In this document: piece after piece, positions 53,299 to 63,536 of the stretch
How the letters are laid out: the number at the start of each line of letters is the position of its first letter
Position numbering within the stretch: position 1 is the first letter of the stretch
Assembly: GCA_016214605.1 (NCBI GenBank)
Contig: JACROD010000014.1
Span: 41,074-105,073, forward strand
Length of the DNA stretch: 64,000 bases
Source of the DNA: Candidatus Kaiserbacteria bacterium
GTDB taxonomy: Bacteria > Patescibacteriota > Minisyncoccia > Phycocordibacterales > UBA2100
Direction of reading: 5' to 3'
Made by a program: the position numbers and the translations under genes
The notes under the pieces: generated by a model
Database searches by the model: none
What the model saw: the letters and a program-made list of their open reading frames with translations, nothing else
What the model was told of the DNA's origin: nothing

Positions 53299-53372
53299 TG
53301 CGCGGTGAGGGATTTGAACCCCCGACCATCGACGTGTAAAGTCGCCGCTCTACCGGCCTGAGCTAACCGCGC
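53299..53372 (-). tRNA. tRNA-Val (anticodon TAC)
   Basis: 74 nt; anticodon arm gcgac-tttacac-gtcga; T-loop ttcaaat. Confidence 0.85.
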
Positions 53373-53467
53373 GTCACTGCACTTTACCGCAGATCAAGGG
53401 AGATAACAAACAGCACCTGTGAATAATATCTCTTGCACATACCAGTCATGGGTTCTAAAATAGTTCA

Positions 53468-54172
53468 ATGCGCAAGCTTGAAAAGATTGAGGCGAGGAGA
53501 CTAAGAAAACAAGGAAAATCAATAAAAGAGATCGAACGACTTATTGGGGTCAGACGATCGAGTGTCAGTGTGTGGGTGAGGGACATCTCTCTCACTGCAG
53601 CACAAAAAAAGAGACTCGCGGGGCGCGGACACTCACTTGAGGTCTCTGAAAAGAGACGGCAAAGTCGTTTGTCGAATGAAACTAAAGTGCGGATGGAGTT
53701 TTTGCATGAGGGGCTCCGAGATATTGAAGTAATGCGAGAGATCGACCTTTTCGCGCTTGGTATGGGGCTCTATTGGGGCGAAGGATCAAAAACGAATCGA
53801 GGGGCCATCGAACTATCAAACACTGACCCACGAATCATTCAGATATATGTGATGTTTCTCACCAAAGTGTGCGGATTTTCAATGGAAAAGCTCCATGCGC
53901 ATATTGGACTGCACTCGCATCTCTCAATTACGAAAGCTGAACACTATTGGTCACGAATATCCGGTATCCCCCTCAGTCAATTTCAAAAGACCTCAATCCA
54001 ACACAGTATCAGTGGCAGGGGCGAAAGAGACCATCTTCCATTCGGGACATTTTCTGTCGGAGTTTACGATACGGCGGCAAGGCTTCGACTGGAGGGGTGG
54101 ACGCAAGGTATCTATAAAAAACTTTTTCCAAGCCAGAGCGCCCTCCATGACCTAACCAAATTGCGCGTATAA
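53468..54172 (+). CDS. LAGLIDADG-type homing-endonuclease-like protein with N-terminal HTH
   Basis: AT-rich; LFALGMGLYWGEGSK LAGLIDADG-like motif; N-terminal KSIKEIERLIGVRRSSVSVWVR HTH. Confidence 0.45.
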   Translation: MRKLEKIEARRLRKQGKSIKEIERLIGVRRSSVSVWVRDISLTAAQKKRLAGRGHSLEVSEKRRQSRLSNETKVRMEFLHEGLRDIEVMREIDLFALGMGLYWGEGSKTNRGAIELSNTDPRIIQIYVMFLTKVCGFSMEKLHAHIGLHSHLSITKAEHYWSRISGIPLSQFQKTSIQHSISGRGERDHLPFGTFSVGVYDTAARLRLEGWTQGIYKKLFPSQSALHDLTKLRV

Positions 54173-54219
54173 GGATATTTGTCTTTTGAAAGGCTTAATG
54201 CTATAGTGTCCGTCACTGT

Positions 54220-54678
54220 ATGGAAAACGTGATCAAGGTATCAGGAGTCGACATGGAGGCGCGCAAGGCGCTTGGTATTCGCGCAGGCGATACCGTCCGT
54301 GTATGGCAAAAGATCGAGGAAAAGGGCAAAATCCGCCTCCAGGCTTTTGAGGGCCTTGTCCTTGCGGTCAAGCATGGTTCTGAGGCTGGCGGCACCTTTA
54401 CGGTGCGTCGCGTGGCTTCCGGCGTCGGCGTCGAGAAGATCTTCCCGCTTTATTCTCCTATGATCGACAAGATCCAGATCATCAAGCGTGCGACCGTCCG
54501 TAGCTCCAAGCTCTACTACATCCGTGAAAAGGTTTCGCGCGAAGCCCGCCGTCTCTTGCGTCGTACGCGCATGATGGGACAGACCACATCCGACCTTGAA
54601 AAAGGGGAGGAGGTCCCTGTTGATGAATCCACCACCGAAGTCGAAGCAGGGTCGGTGGCCGAAGTCGCTGCTGAGTAA
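54220..54678 (+). CDS. rplS: 50S ribosomal protein L19 with acidic C-terminal extension
   Basis: …RAGDTVRVWQKIEEKGKIRLQAFEGLVLAVKH… L19 pattern. Confidence 0.8.
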   Translation: MENVIKVSGVDMEARKALGIRAGDTVRVWQKIEEKGKIRLQAFEGLVLAVKHGSEAGGTFTVRRVASGVGVEKIFPLYSPMIDKIQIIKRATVRSSKLYYIREKVSREARRLLRRTRMMGQTTSDLEKGEEVPVDESTTEVEAGSVAEVAAE

Positions 54679-54694
54679 GCAGAATAAAAATGGT

Positions 54695-55327
54695 TTAGGT
54701 TTTAGGTTTGTCAAGATCGTTAAGATCAAAACCAAGCGTGGGGAAAATAAGATTTCTTAGATGGATTCCTCCGACAAGAAACACTGTATCTAGATCAGCG
54801 CCAGCTTTAAACGCCCCTCTCTTTAATTCCTCCATTACCTCGGGGCAATGTGTAGGTATTTCCGCTACGGTATCCAAGACGGCTTTCTCGGCATCGTAAG
54901 GATTTGCAACGCCCTTTTTTCGAACAACTTCAAGTAACGTTTCCTTTTTGCTTTCAACAATCTCTTTAATGCCGCTGATATCAAGAATAGTCCTGCCACG
55001 ATCATTTAGTTGGCGCGGAGAGTGTGAGGGAGCAAACTTGTCCTTCCACAGAGTCTCTACGCGGTCTTCGACAACCATAAACCGTTCTCGAACATCTTTC
55101 AGGTCGGGGCTGATATTTTCGGTCAGCACCCTACTCACATTTTTTAAAGAATTTCTCAGTGTGCCCCAGGCGATGCCTGCACCGATTAGAATGACGGCAA
55201 GACCAAATAGGGCTTGCACGGTATCAATCTGGATTGTTGGCGGAATACCTTGTTGGGGCGTAGGAGCTAGTTGTACGGCGGAGGTTGTTTGTAAGATTTC
55301 CTGAGAATTTGTGAGTGAAGTAGCCAT
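54695..55327 (-). CDS. membrane-anchored hypothetical protein
   Basis: 210 aa; single TM helix (LFGLAVILIGAGIAW). Confidence 0.5.
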   Translation of the reverse strand: MATSLTNSQEILQTTSAVQLAPTPQQGIPPTIQIDTVQALFGLAVILIGAGIAWGTLRNSLKNVSRVLTENISPDLKDVRERFMVVEDRVETLWKDKFAPSHSPRQLNDRGRTILDISGIKEIVESKKETLLEVVRKKGVANPYDAEKAVLDTVAEIPTHCPEVMEELKRGAFKAGADLDTVFLVGGIHLRNLIFPTLGFDLNDLDKPKT

Positions 55328-55480
55328 ACGAGTATGTTTACATTTTATAACGGGATGGTCGTGAAGTATATGCGAAGATACTTACAACCGCAATCTGTAA
55401 AAGATTGAAAATAGAGGAATCCTTGCGTATACTAGGCGAACGTCTTTAGTATAGGTTTTTAGGACTATTGACAATAAACT

Positions 55481-55562
55481 GCCCGGGTGCTGAAATTGGT
55501 ATACAGGCATGCTTGAGGTGCATGTGTCGCAAGACGTGGAGGTTCAAGTCCTCTCCCGGGCA
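55481..55562 (+). tRNA. tRNA-Leu (anticodon GAG)
   Basis: 82 nt; anticodon arm catgc-ttgaggt-gcatg; long variable arm; followed by terminator-like hairpin and T-run. Confidence 0.85.
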
Positions 55563-55606
55563 CAAAACAAAAATCGTCGGATGCATCGCGTCCGGCGGTT
55601 TTTGTC
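55563..55606 (+). terminator. terminator after tRNA-Leu
   Basis: cgtcgga…tccggcg imperfect hairpin followed by GTTTTT. Confidence 0.4.
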
Positions 55607-55657
55607 TTTGTAGCCAATAGTGCGCTGGTGGGTAAGTGCCCTTGAAGAGAAAAATTA

Positions 55658-57169
55658 TTGGTATTCTGGAATGAATACCCTATGGATTTTATACCCACCG
55701 CATGGCTGGAGCGTCTGTCTGTTCGGGGCAAGCTCTCGATCATTATTGGCCTCATCGTGTTCTTGTTGTTGTTCGGTTTTGCCGAGTTCACTTTCGGCAT
55801 GAAGGTCATGTCCGGTATTCGCGCCTATGTAGGCGGCGAAGGGTTGTGGTCAAAGGCACAAAAAGCGGCGGTCAACGATCTCACCCGATACTCCGAATCG
55901 TTCGATGAGGCGGATTACCAGTCCTTCCTGGTGCTGTTGCACGTGCCCTTGGGAGATAAGCAAGCGCGTCTCGAATTGGATAAAGATCGCTGCGATATTA
56001 ATGTCGTGCACGAAGGGTTTTTGGCGGGCGGCAACAACAAGGAGGATCTGGATGATATGGTCTTTTTGTACCGACGATTTCGTTTCGTGAGCTATATGGA
56101 CAGTGCGATCCGTACGTGGACAGAGGGGGATGCGGAGATCGAGAGACTCCTCACGGTCGCGGCTCGAATGCATGCCGTCGTCTCGGCCTCCCATGGCCCC
56201 TTAGACCAGATCGCGCTCCAGCCGCAGATCGTGCCGCTCATGGAGCAAATACATACGATTGACCAAAAACTGACGGTCCTCGAAAATCGTTTTTCGGCGA
56301 CTTTGGGAGAAGGGTCGCGGTTCATACGGGATCTTTTGTTTTGGGTCACACTAGTGGGCACTTTGGTGTTCGGTACGCTTGCTCTCCTCATCGTGCTCTT
56401 CATCAGAAAGATGATCATCCAAGTGGATGCCGCAAAAAGCGAGTTTGTGTCACTGGCGTCGCATCAACTTCGGACTCCGGCTACCAACATGAAATGGTTT
56501 TTGGAGATGATCATCGGAGGAGATGCCGGACCACTCAATGCGAAGCAAAAAGAATATTTTGAGGAAGTTTCAGAAAACAACCAAAGGATGATCAGTCTGG
56601 TGAATATGCTCCTCAATATCGCGCGTATTGAGCTCGGTACCTTTAAACAATCGACGGAACAGATCCAGATCACCGAACTGATCAAGGAAGCGCTCAAAGA
56701 ATATCGTACGTTGATAGGGTTCAAGAGTCTCACTATACATGAAGTGTATGCTCCGGATCTCCCCGTGTCGCAGATCGATCCGAGACTCTGGTCGGTCGTC
56801 TTGCAAAATGTCATTTCAAACGCCGTCAAATATACCCCGTCGGGCGGTACGGTCACGATCGGTGTTTCGTTCAAAGAGAAGAACGAGACCTTTGGCGGGC
56901 GGATCATGCGCGACGATAGCATCATCGTCGTCATAACCGACACGGGCTACGGCATTCCGAAGGACCAACAGGACAAAGTCTTCACTCGGTTGTTTCGTGG
57001 AGACAACGTGAAGGAGAAGGACACGGACGGTACCGGGCTCGGGCTTTATCTCGTCAAACTGATCTTGGACCATCTGCGGGGCGATGTGTGGTTTGAATCG
57101 GAGGAAAATCACGGGTCGACATTTTACCTTGTGGTTCCTGTCAGTGGATCGATACGAAAAAAGAAATGA
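55658..57169 (+). CDS. sensor histidine kinase
   Basis: two TM helices; HisKA H-box SLASHQLRTPATNM; HATPase_c G-boxes (DTGYGIP, GTGLGLYLVK); TTG start in track. Confidence 0.85.
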   Translation: MVFWNEYPMDFIPTAWLERLSVRGKLSIIIGLIVFLLLFGFAEFTFGMKVMSGIRAYVGGEGLWSKAQKAAVNDLTRYSESFDEADYQSFLVLLHVPLGDKQARLELDKDRCDINVVHEGFLAGGNNKEDLDDMVFLYRRFRFVSYMDSAIRTWTEGDAEIERLLTVAARMHAVVSASHGPLDQIALQPQIVPLMEQIHTIDQKLTVLENRFSATLGEGSRFIRDLLFWVTLVGTLVFGTLALLIVLFIRKMIIQVDAAKSEFVSLASHQLRTPATNMKWFLEMIIGGDAGPLNAKQKEYFEEVSENNQRMISLVNMLLNIARIELGTFKQSTEQIQITELIKEALKEYRTLIGFKSLTIHEVYAPDLPVSQIDPRLWSVVLQNVISNAVKYTPSGGTVTIGVSFKEKNETFGGRIMRDDSIIVVITDTGYGIPKDQQDKVFTRLFRGDNVKEKDTDGTGLGLYLVKLILDHLRGDVWFESEENHGSTFYLVVPVSGSIRKKK

Positions 57170-57239
57170 TAGTTGGCTCCCGGGTTTAGTGCGTGGTACG
57201 GATATAGACGATTTTATTTTTAGTGCTACATTTGAACGT

Positions 57240-57656
57240 ATGGAAAACACCAAAAAGCCAAAGATTCTTATCATTGAGGTTATTGAGGATGAGACATCAC
57301 AGCGCAAGGCGCTTGCGGAAAAATTCACTCGCGAGGGATACCATGTACTGGAAGCCAAAGATGGAGAGGAGGGGCTGAAGATCGCCCTTGCCGAACATCC
57401 GGACATCATCCTCCTCGATCTCATGATGACGCAGATGGATGGTATGACGATGCTTAAAAAATTACGGCAGCAAAACTCTTGGGGCGAGTCCGTGCCGGTC
57501 ATTTTACTCACCAACTTGAGTGCCGACAACGACAAACTGATCCAAGGTGTAGCCGACACTTCGCCGGCCTATTACCTCATGAAGGCCGACTGGACGATCA
57601 ACGATGTAGTGGAGAAGGTGCGAGAGCGTTTGTCTCGGGAGGTACCGACCGCGTAG
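57240..57656 (+). CDS. single-domain response regulator (CheY-like receiver)
   Basis: internal ATG of track ORF 57084..57656; KILIIEVIEDE…DIILLDLMM…receiver motifs. Confidence 0.75.
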   Translation: MENTKKPKILIIEVIEDETSQRKALAEKFTREGYHVLEAKDGEEGLKIALAEHPDIILLDLMMTQMDGMTMLKKLRQQNSWGESVPVILLTNLSADNDKLIQGVADTSPAYYLMKADWTINDVVEKVRERLSREVPTA

Positions 57657-57713
57657 TACGGGGTAGGCTAGATGCAGGGCGCCGTATGGTGATTTGCTAC
57701 ACTATAAAAACAT

Positions 57714-58271
57714 ATGTCTTTTTTCACCGGCAAAGGAGATGGGGGGACGACGAAGCTTTTTGACTCGCCACAAGGGGTGAGAGTCTCCAAATCCTCACCG
57801 ATCTTCGAGTGTTTGGGTCAGCTCGACGAGCTCAATAGTATTACCGGGTGGTGTAAGGTCGCTTGTCCCGACGATCTCTCGATCGACGGACGCTTGGGCA
57901 AAGATATTCTTCGCGAAGTACAGAACCATCTTTTTACCATTCAGGCTGAGGTCGCTGGTGCGCCCAAGAGCGTGCCGCCCGAGAGTGTCGAAGAGGTGAG
58001 TGCACTCATCAAAAGCATCGAATCACAATTACCCGAGGTGAAGAGTTTTCTCGTGCCGGGTGGGACGGAATTCTCCGCGCGCCTCGATATCGCCCGGGCG
58101 ATATCGAGGCGCGCGGAGCGCCGACTCGTAATGCTTCACGAGTCGGGGGAGCGCGCCGTATCCGAGTCGAGCCGCGCGTATGCCAACAGACTCTCGTCAC
58201 TTTTTTATGCGTTCACACGATTTACAAATCATCATTTCAGCGTGATAGAATATCCGCCGGAGTATAAGTGA
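57714..58271 (+). CDS. PduO-type ATP:cob(I)alamin adenosyltransferase-family protein
   Basis: N-terminus MSFFTGKGDGGTTKLF characteristic of PduO/MMAB family. Confidence 0.7.
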   Translation: MSFFTGKGDGGTTKLFDSPQGVRVSKSSPIFECLGQLDELNSITGWCKVACPDDLSIDGRLGKDILREVQNHLFTIQAEVAGAPKSVPPESVEEVSALIKSIESQLPEVKSFLVPGGTEFSARLDIARAISRRAERRLVMLHESGERAVSESSRAYANRLSSLFYAFTRFTNHHFSVIEYPPEYK

Positions 58272-58315
58272 CGAGCAAGAAGCAGAGATAGTAGTACAAT
58301 GGATACAAGGCACTT

Positions 58316-59431
58316 TTGCCGCGTTCTATGGCATCGCGTTATTTTCCAAAAAGTATGCAAGAGCTCATGCTGTGGTATGAGCGGTATGTCTCGCCGGTCG
58401 CGCTCGTAACCGGCTTTTTGGCCGACAACTACATTTTACTCAAACGAGTCGACCTCTTGCAGACAAACCTCCTCCTTATTTTCTATCTTGTCGTGGCTGC
58501 ACTCGGCATCATCGTGATCCATTTCGTCGAATCAGGTCGCATGCGCGATCGTCGTGTCGTCAAGGCGCTCCCGCTCGTCCTTATCGCGATGCAGTTTGCG
58601 TTCGGCGGTCTCTTCAGCGGATACCTCTCGCTCTATGGACGCAGCGCGGCACTCCCCTTGAACTGGATATTCGTATTCATTCTCGCTGCGCTCGTGCTCG
58701 GTAATGAGCGTTTCATGCGGCTGTACTCCCGGTTTCTTTTCCAGATCGGCCTCTACTTCACGGTCTTATTCTCGTTCCTTATTTTCTTTTTACCCATTGT
58801 GACGCATCGTATCGGGCCGTTGATGTTCATGCTCAGTGGAGCCTTGAGCCTGTTCATGATCTCACTCTTTTTATGGATCCTCCGCCGTTTCGTGCCGGAA
58901 GTCGTGGATACAAACCTCCGTCGCACGACCGCGATCATTGTGGTGATTTATAGTCTGTTCAACATCCTATATTTCTTGAATCTGATCCCACCCTTGCCGC
59001 TTGCACTCAAAGACGCCGGCGTGTATCACGGCGTGGTGCGAACGCAGGCCGGCCAATACGAGTTGTCCGGGGAGCCGGTGCGATGGTATGAGCCATTCTT
59101 GCGCTACAATACGATCTACCATGCCGCTTCTGGAGAAGGGGTTTACGTGTTCAGTTCGATCTTTGCTCCCGCAGGGCTTTCGACGGTCATTCTGCATGAA
59201 TGGCAAAAGTATGATGACATATCGCAGCAGTGGATCTCGGCAGGTACGGTGCGTTTTCCTATCGTTGGTGGACGCGATGGCGGGTATCGCGGATATTCAT
59301 TCAAGTCGTCGCTGCTCCCCGGTAAATGGCGAGTGAATGTGATTACCGAATATGGCCAGTTGATTGGCAGGATCGCCTTTGAAATTGTGCCTACGACGGA
59401 CCCGGTCTCACTGGTCTCTGTGGCAAAGTGA
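58316..59431 (+). CDS. multi-TM membrane protein with C-terminal extracytoplasmic domain
   Basis: 371 aa; about 7 TM helices. Confidence 0.5.
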   Translation: MPRSMASRYFPKSMQELMLWYERYVSPVALVTGFLADNYILLKRVDLLQTNLLLIFYLVVAALGIIVIHFVESGRMRDRRVVKALPLVLIAMQFAFGGLFSGYLSLYGRSAALPLNWIFVFILAALVLGNERFMRLYSRFLFQIGLYFTVLFSFLIFFLPIVTHRIGPLMFMLSGALSLFMISLFLWILRRFVPEVVDTNLRRTTAIIVVIYSLFNILYFLNLIPPLPLALKDAGVYHGVVRTQAGQYELSGEPVRWYEPFLRYNTIYHAASGEGVYVFSSIFAPAGLSTVILHEWQKYDDISQQWISAGTVRFPIVGGRDGGYRGYSFKSSLLPGKWRVNVITEYGQLIGRIAFEIVPTTDPVSLVSVAK

Positions 59432-59550
59432 TTATCGGCGGATCTCATAAACACTCGCATTAAAGCCGTTTATTTGCTATAAAGACGAGTGACCTCATAA
59501 GTAAGTAGGTGATCCGGGGCCCTGTAGGGCTGCCGCAGAGGTATGAGAAT

Positions 59551-59624
59551 GGTGGTCGTAGCTCAATCGGTAGAGCTCCGGTTTGTGGTACCGGCGGTTG
59601 TGGGTTCGAGTCCCATCGACCACC
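59551..59624 (+). tRNA. tRNA-His (anticodon GTG) with encoded G-1
   Basis: extra 5' G pairing with discriminator C73; anticodon arm ccggt-ttgtggt-accgg. Confidence 0.85.
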
Positions 59625-59686
59625 CCGATGTGTTTTTGATCGAGATAGTGAGACGAGCAGTGTGGTGTCACTTGCGATGCTTTGAA

Positions 59687-60493
59687 CTAGGTACGAATGT
59701 CCGTGTTTTTGTAGTTAACCGGTTTGCCCTTATAGGTGGCGGAGAGAAAATTGACCATATAACGCCATGCGGTCCACACGATACCTTCCTCGCGTAGTCG
59801 GCGTCCACTTGTGTACATGGGGAGTCCAAATGTCCATTTTACGATGCCAACTTTGCTCATGCGGCGCGCGGTATCGGTGTCTTCGCCGAAGAATGCGATC
59901 GAGGTATCGAATCCACCGATCCGCTCAAGGGCCTCGCTGCGCAACACGAAATTGCCGCCTTGAAGCATTGCGCCCGTGTGTAATATGTATTGGTTGAGAA
60001 GATGCAAGAGATAACCCGAAACATAAAATATATGCACGAGTGCGCGTATGAAGATCGGCAAGTCTCGGTAGATATACGGACCGCTTACCGCGACGATCCG
60101 TTCGTCGCTTGCGAATAATGCAAATACGGTATCAATCCAGCCGGGCGGGAGAGAAGTATCCGCATCAATGTTGGCGATAAAGTCGCCGTTTGATGACACA
60201 AATCCTGCTTGCCGCGCAAAGGTCAGACCTTTGCGCGGCTCGTCGACCACGCGCACGCCGGGGTATCTCAGTGCGATGTCGCGCGTGCGATCAGTCGACG
60301 CATTGTTGACCACGATCACCTCGGCATCCTTTTCGGATCGTTTGATCTCCCTCAGTACAGATGCAAGGCATGCGCCGAGAAGTGCTTCTTCATTGTATGC
60401 CGGTATGACAAAACTGATCTTCACTTGGTCAGTATACGGCCAAAAGGTTCTGCTACAATGATGACATGCATATATTTGCCTATATCGCGGCAT
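59687..60493 (-). CDS. family 2 glycosyltransferase
   Basis: ISFVIPAYNEE…VIVVNNASTD…DADT motifs (GT-A DxD). Confidence 0.8.
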   Translation of the reverse strand: MPRYRQIYACHHCSRTFWPYTDQVKISFVIPAYNEEALLGACLASVLREIKRSEKDAEVIVVNNASTDRTRDIALRYPGVRVVDEPRKGLTFARQAGFVSSNGDFIANIDADTSLPPGWIDTVFALFASDERIVAVSGPYIYRDLPIFIRALVHIFYVSGYLLHLLNQYILHTGAMLQGGNFVLRSEALERIGGFDTSIAFFGEDTDTARRMSKVGIVKWTFGLPMYTSGRRLREEGIVWTAWRYMVNFLSATYKGKPVNYKNTDIRT

Positions 60494-60930
60494 TGCTATG
60501 GGTAGGTTTCTGTTTTGCCAAGGTCGAGATCGCGATCGAGGGTGGGCACGGGTGGGCGGAAAATCTTCCGACTTGGCGGTTGCCGGCCAAGAATTGGGCG
60601 TCGCTGCTTTTCTTCAGCGGCAGGCCGATGACGGGATATCACGTATGGATGGAAGTGTTTATTCTTTCGATCATGCACCTGACCTACCTCTTTGAGGTGC
60701 CGACATGGGGCATCGAGCTCCAAATACTCGCATTCTTTTGTTTTTTCTCGGTGCTCGAAGACTTCTTGTGGTTTGTGCTCAATCCGGCATTCGGATTGAG
60801 CAATTTTAGACCGGAAAAGATCTGGTGGCATCGCGAGCATTGGTGGGGAATCATGCCGCGGGATTACTACATCTTGACGACGATCGGTCTGATACTCTTC
60901 GCCTTGTCATATCACCCGCTCGCATTATAA
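60466..60930 (+). CDS. membrane hypothetical protein
   Basis: 154 aa, four hydrophobic helices, Trp-rich. Confidence 0.45.
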   Translation: MHIFAYIAALLWVGFCFAKVEIAIEGGHGWAENLPTWRLPAKNWASLLFFSGRPMTGYHVWMEVFILSIMHLTYLFEVPTWGIELQILAFFCFFSVLEDFLWFVLNPAFGLSNFRPEKIWWHREHWWGIMPRDYYILTTIGLILFALSYHPLAL

Positions 60931-60942
60931 AAAAGCACACGG

Positions 60943-61662
60943 CTATCGCACCGGGGTCCAGTCGTCGGCGAGGGGTTTGCGCAGGAAGGCGAGAGCGATG
61001 ACGTTGGTCGCCCAAATCCACCAGAGCTTGCGCCAGCCTATCGCGTGGGCGCGTCGTGCGCTGTGGTAGATCATGAGGTGCGGATCAAAATGCGTCTTGC
61101 CGATTCGCGAGAGACGAAGGAAAAAATCACCGTCCTCGCGCGTGATGAGGTCCTCACGCAAGCCGTTGACCCGATCAAAGGCGCTTCGACGGACGATCAT
61201 GATCTTGCCGCTCGCTTCGCCTTTATGCAGGAGGTTGTTTCGGATACGGAGAATGAAATTGAGTATTCCGAAGGAAGTACGGTCGCCCCAGGTCTCTATG
61301 GTCGGGTCGGCGCGCTGTGGTCCGGTGAGCGCCACAAGACGCGGTTCGTGTGCGAACCGCGCAAGTGCGTGTTCGAAAAAAGCGTTGGGGTGGGGGATAG
61401 CGACGGTTGCGTCGATAAAGACGAGAATGTCTCCCTGGGAGACGCGCGCGCCCGCATTGCGGGCGCGCGCCGGTGACTGCCTCGCATCGTTATCCGCAGT
61501 AATAGTGATATTGGCACACGTACGCGCTACCTCGACCGTTCGGTCGAGACTACGGTCGTCCGACACGATCACTTCGTGCGGTAAGCGCAGGCCGCGAAAT
61601 TGACATACGGTCGCCTCGATCGCGTGTTCTTCTTCGCGTGTGGGAATGATGATCGTGATCAT
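60943..61662 (-). CDS. family 2 glycosyltransferase
   Basis: MITIIIPTREEE…VIVSDDRSLD…FIDAT motifs. Confidence 0.8.
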   Translation of the reverse strand: MITIIIPTREEEHAIEATVCQFRGLRLPHEVIVSDDRSLDRTVEVARTCANITITADNDARQSPARARNAGARVSQGDILVFIDATVAIPHPNAFFEHALARFAHEPRLVALTGPQRADPTIETWGDRTSFGILNFILRIRNNLLHKGEASGKIMIVRRSAFDRVNGLREDLITREDGDFFLRLSRIGKTHFDPHLMIYHSARRAHAIGWRKLWWIWATNVIALAFLRKPLADDWTPVR

Positions 61663-61666
61663 AGAA

Positions 61667-62263
61667 TCACCAGTCGGATTCAGCGAGTCGTTGTGTCAGT
61701 AAGCGGAGTCCGAAGATGGACAGGATAAGTATGGCGATCACTGATGCCAGCTGCAGTTTGGGCGGGATGAGCTCGAGGACATTGCCGAAATAGAACCCGA
61801 TCCCGCACAAAAGGAACACCCACACGATACCACCGAAAAAGTTGATCGCCGCATATCGCGCGACCGGCACCCGCAGCATGCCGGCCGTCATGAGCGTGCC
61901 GACCGCGAGTCCAAGCCCCATGGTGAGTTTGGATATCACGAGTATCCAGGTGTGGTAGGTATGGAAACGTCGTTCGATCTTGGGCAATATCTCGGGTGAG
62001 ACGCCTACGAGCCAGCCCCAACGTACCATCATCGGTCGTGCGCCGAAGTAGCCGATGTAATACCATGTCATATCGGCAAAAAAGTCGGCGGAGAGAAGGA
62101 CGAAGTATGTGGGCCAAAAGTCGAGCTGATGCAGCTGGACGAGTACGCCGCCGGTCAGCATGACGATCGTCCCCTCGAAGTAACACCCCAACCAAAGCAG
62201 AACGTATTTGGAAGCGTCGATGAACGCGAGCACCTGCATCGCGATTTGAGAAACGGTATCCAT
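61667..62263 (-). CDS. DedA/TVP38-family membrane protein
   Basis: 198 aa; DedA-like motif region (…GYFGARPMMVRWG…) and multiple TM helices. Confidence 0.65.
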   Translation of the reverse strand: MDTVSQIAMQVLAFIDASKYVLLWLGCYFEGTIVMLTGGVLVQLHQLDFWPTYFVLLSADFFADMTWYYIGYFGARPMMVRWGWLVGVSPEILPKIERRFHTYHTWILVISKLTMGLGLAVGTLMTAGMLRVPVARYAAINFFGGIVWVFLLCGIGFYFGNVLELIPPKLQLASVIAILILSIFGLRLLTQRLAESDW

Positions 62264-62404
62264 CCTTCATAGTATACTGATAGATACCGATTACGCACCA
62301 TGAAGGCATACGACCAAACCATAGTTTCTTTGTCGTTTCCGCGGTGGCATACGATCATACGCCGCTATCGTACGTCTTTGGATCAAAAGGGATGTGCCAA
62401 GTCA

Positions 62405-62998
62405 ATGATGGGTTCGATCGCTGCGTTTATCGCAAGTGTCGCGATAATGGAAGTGGCGGTCGATTTTGCTACCGACCACGCGAGCAACGGAGTGTCTGAT
62501 ATCATCCTGTCCAACACCCCCATATTCGATGTCGGATACATCTACGTCTATGGATTCTGCTTCTTCCTGGCGTGTATTGCATTCATTTGTTTGACAAACC
62601 CGAAGCGCTTACCGTTCCTCCTATACTCAAGCGCACTTTTTATGGCTGTACGGGGAGTGTTTGTAATGATGACGCATCTCGGTCCTTTTACGCCGTATTT
62701 ACCGATCGATTTTGGGACGACCATCACGAGTATCTTTTATGGCAACGACTATTTCTTCTCAGGCCATACCGGAGCACCATTCTTGATAGCACTTATTTAC
62801 TGGAAGGAGAAGGCGGCGCGTTGGATCTTTCTTGCCTGGTCGGTGTTCTTCGGGGTGGTCGTACTGCTCGGACATTTACACTATACGATTGACGTGGCCT
62901 CGGCCTACTTCATCGCTTATGGTGTCTACCATATCGCATTGCACTGGTTTCCTCGCGAAAAAGCCTTTTTCGATATGTCGCACGCAGATGTACTATGA
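62405..62998 (+). CDS. PAP2-superfamily membrane phosphatase/phosphotransferase-like protein
   Basis: internal ATG of track ORF 62300..62998; PAP2 motifs SGHT and HYTIDV. Confidence 0.55.
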   Translation: MMGSIAAFIASVAIMEVAVDFATDHASNGVSDIILSNTPIFDVGYIYVYGFCFFLACIAFICLTNPKRLPFLLYSSALFMAVRGVFVMMTHLGPFTPYLPIDFGTTITSIFYGNDYFFSGHTGAPFLIALIYWKEKAARWIFLAWSVFFGVVVLLGHLHYTIDVASAYFIAYGVYHIALHWFPREKAFFDMSHADVL

Positions 62999-63510
62999 AT
63001 AGAATGATCAAACAAGAGATCAAAAAGACCGACGCACTTATCGAGCGAGACCTACATCTCGCGTTCATGATCGGTATTTTACTCAAGGGTCTCAATGCGG
63101 CCGTAGAGGTCTTACTCGGTCTTTTGCTTCTCTACACACATGTCGTGACCAATGTCATTCTCTCGCTCATGGATAAGGCGCTGGTAGAAGACCCGGACAA
63201 TTTCTTCGCTACACATCTCTACCAATACGCCGATCCGTCGCCGCAGGCGCAGTTCTATGGCGGCCTCTACCTCTTGAGTCACGGAGTCGTCAAAGTCTTG
63301 CTTGTCGGCGGCCTCTTGCGAAAGAAAATATGGGCGTATCCCGCGTCGATTGCAGTGCTCGCACTGTTCATGGTGTATCAATTGATTCGTTTCATCGAGA
63401 CACATTCGATCGCGATGCTTCTCCTCACACTGTTCGATGGTGCGCTCGTGTACCTTATTTGGCATGAGTATCGACGTGTCCGCGATAAGCACATCCGCAC
63501 CAAGGCCTGA
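62995..63510 (+). CDS. DUF2127-like membrane protein
   Basis: 171 aa, four TM helices; ATGA overlap with upstream gene. Confidence 0.45.
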   Translation: MNRMIKQEIKKTDALIERDLHLAFMIGILLKGLNAAVEVLLGLLLLYTHVVTNVILSLMDKALVEDPDNFFATHLYQYADPSPQAQFYGGLYLLSHGVVKVLLVGGLLRKKIWAYPASIAVLALFMVYQLIRFIETHSIAMLLLTLFDGALVYLIWHEYRRVRDKHIRTKA

Positions 63511-63536
63511 GCGCGTACCATGATATAATTCATCAT

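Noticed and set aside
55465-55809. 114-aa minus-strand ORF
   Set aside because: It covers tRNA-Leu (55481-55562) and the N-terminus of the histidine kinase on the opposite strand.
59543-59797. 84-aa ORF starting MRMVVVAQSVELRF
   Set aside because: Its first 27 codons are the tRNA-His gene (59551-59624) read as protein.
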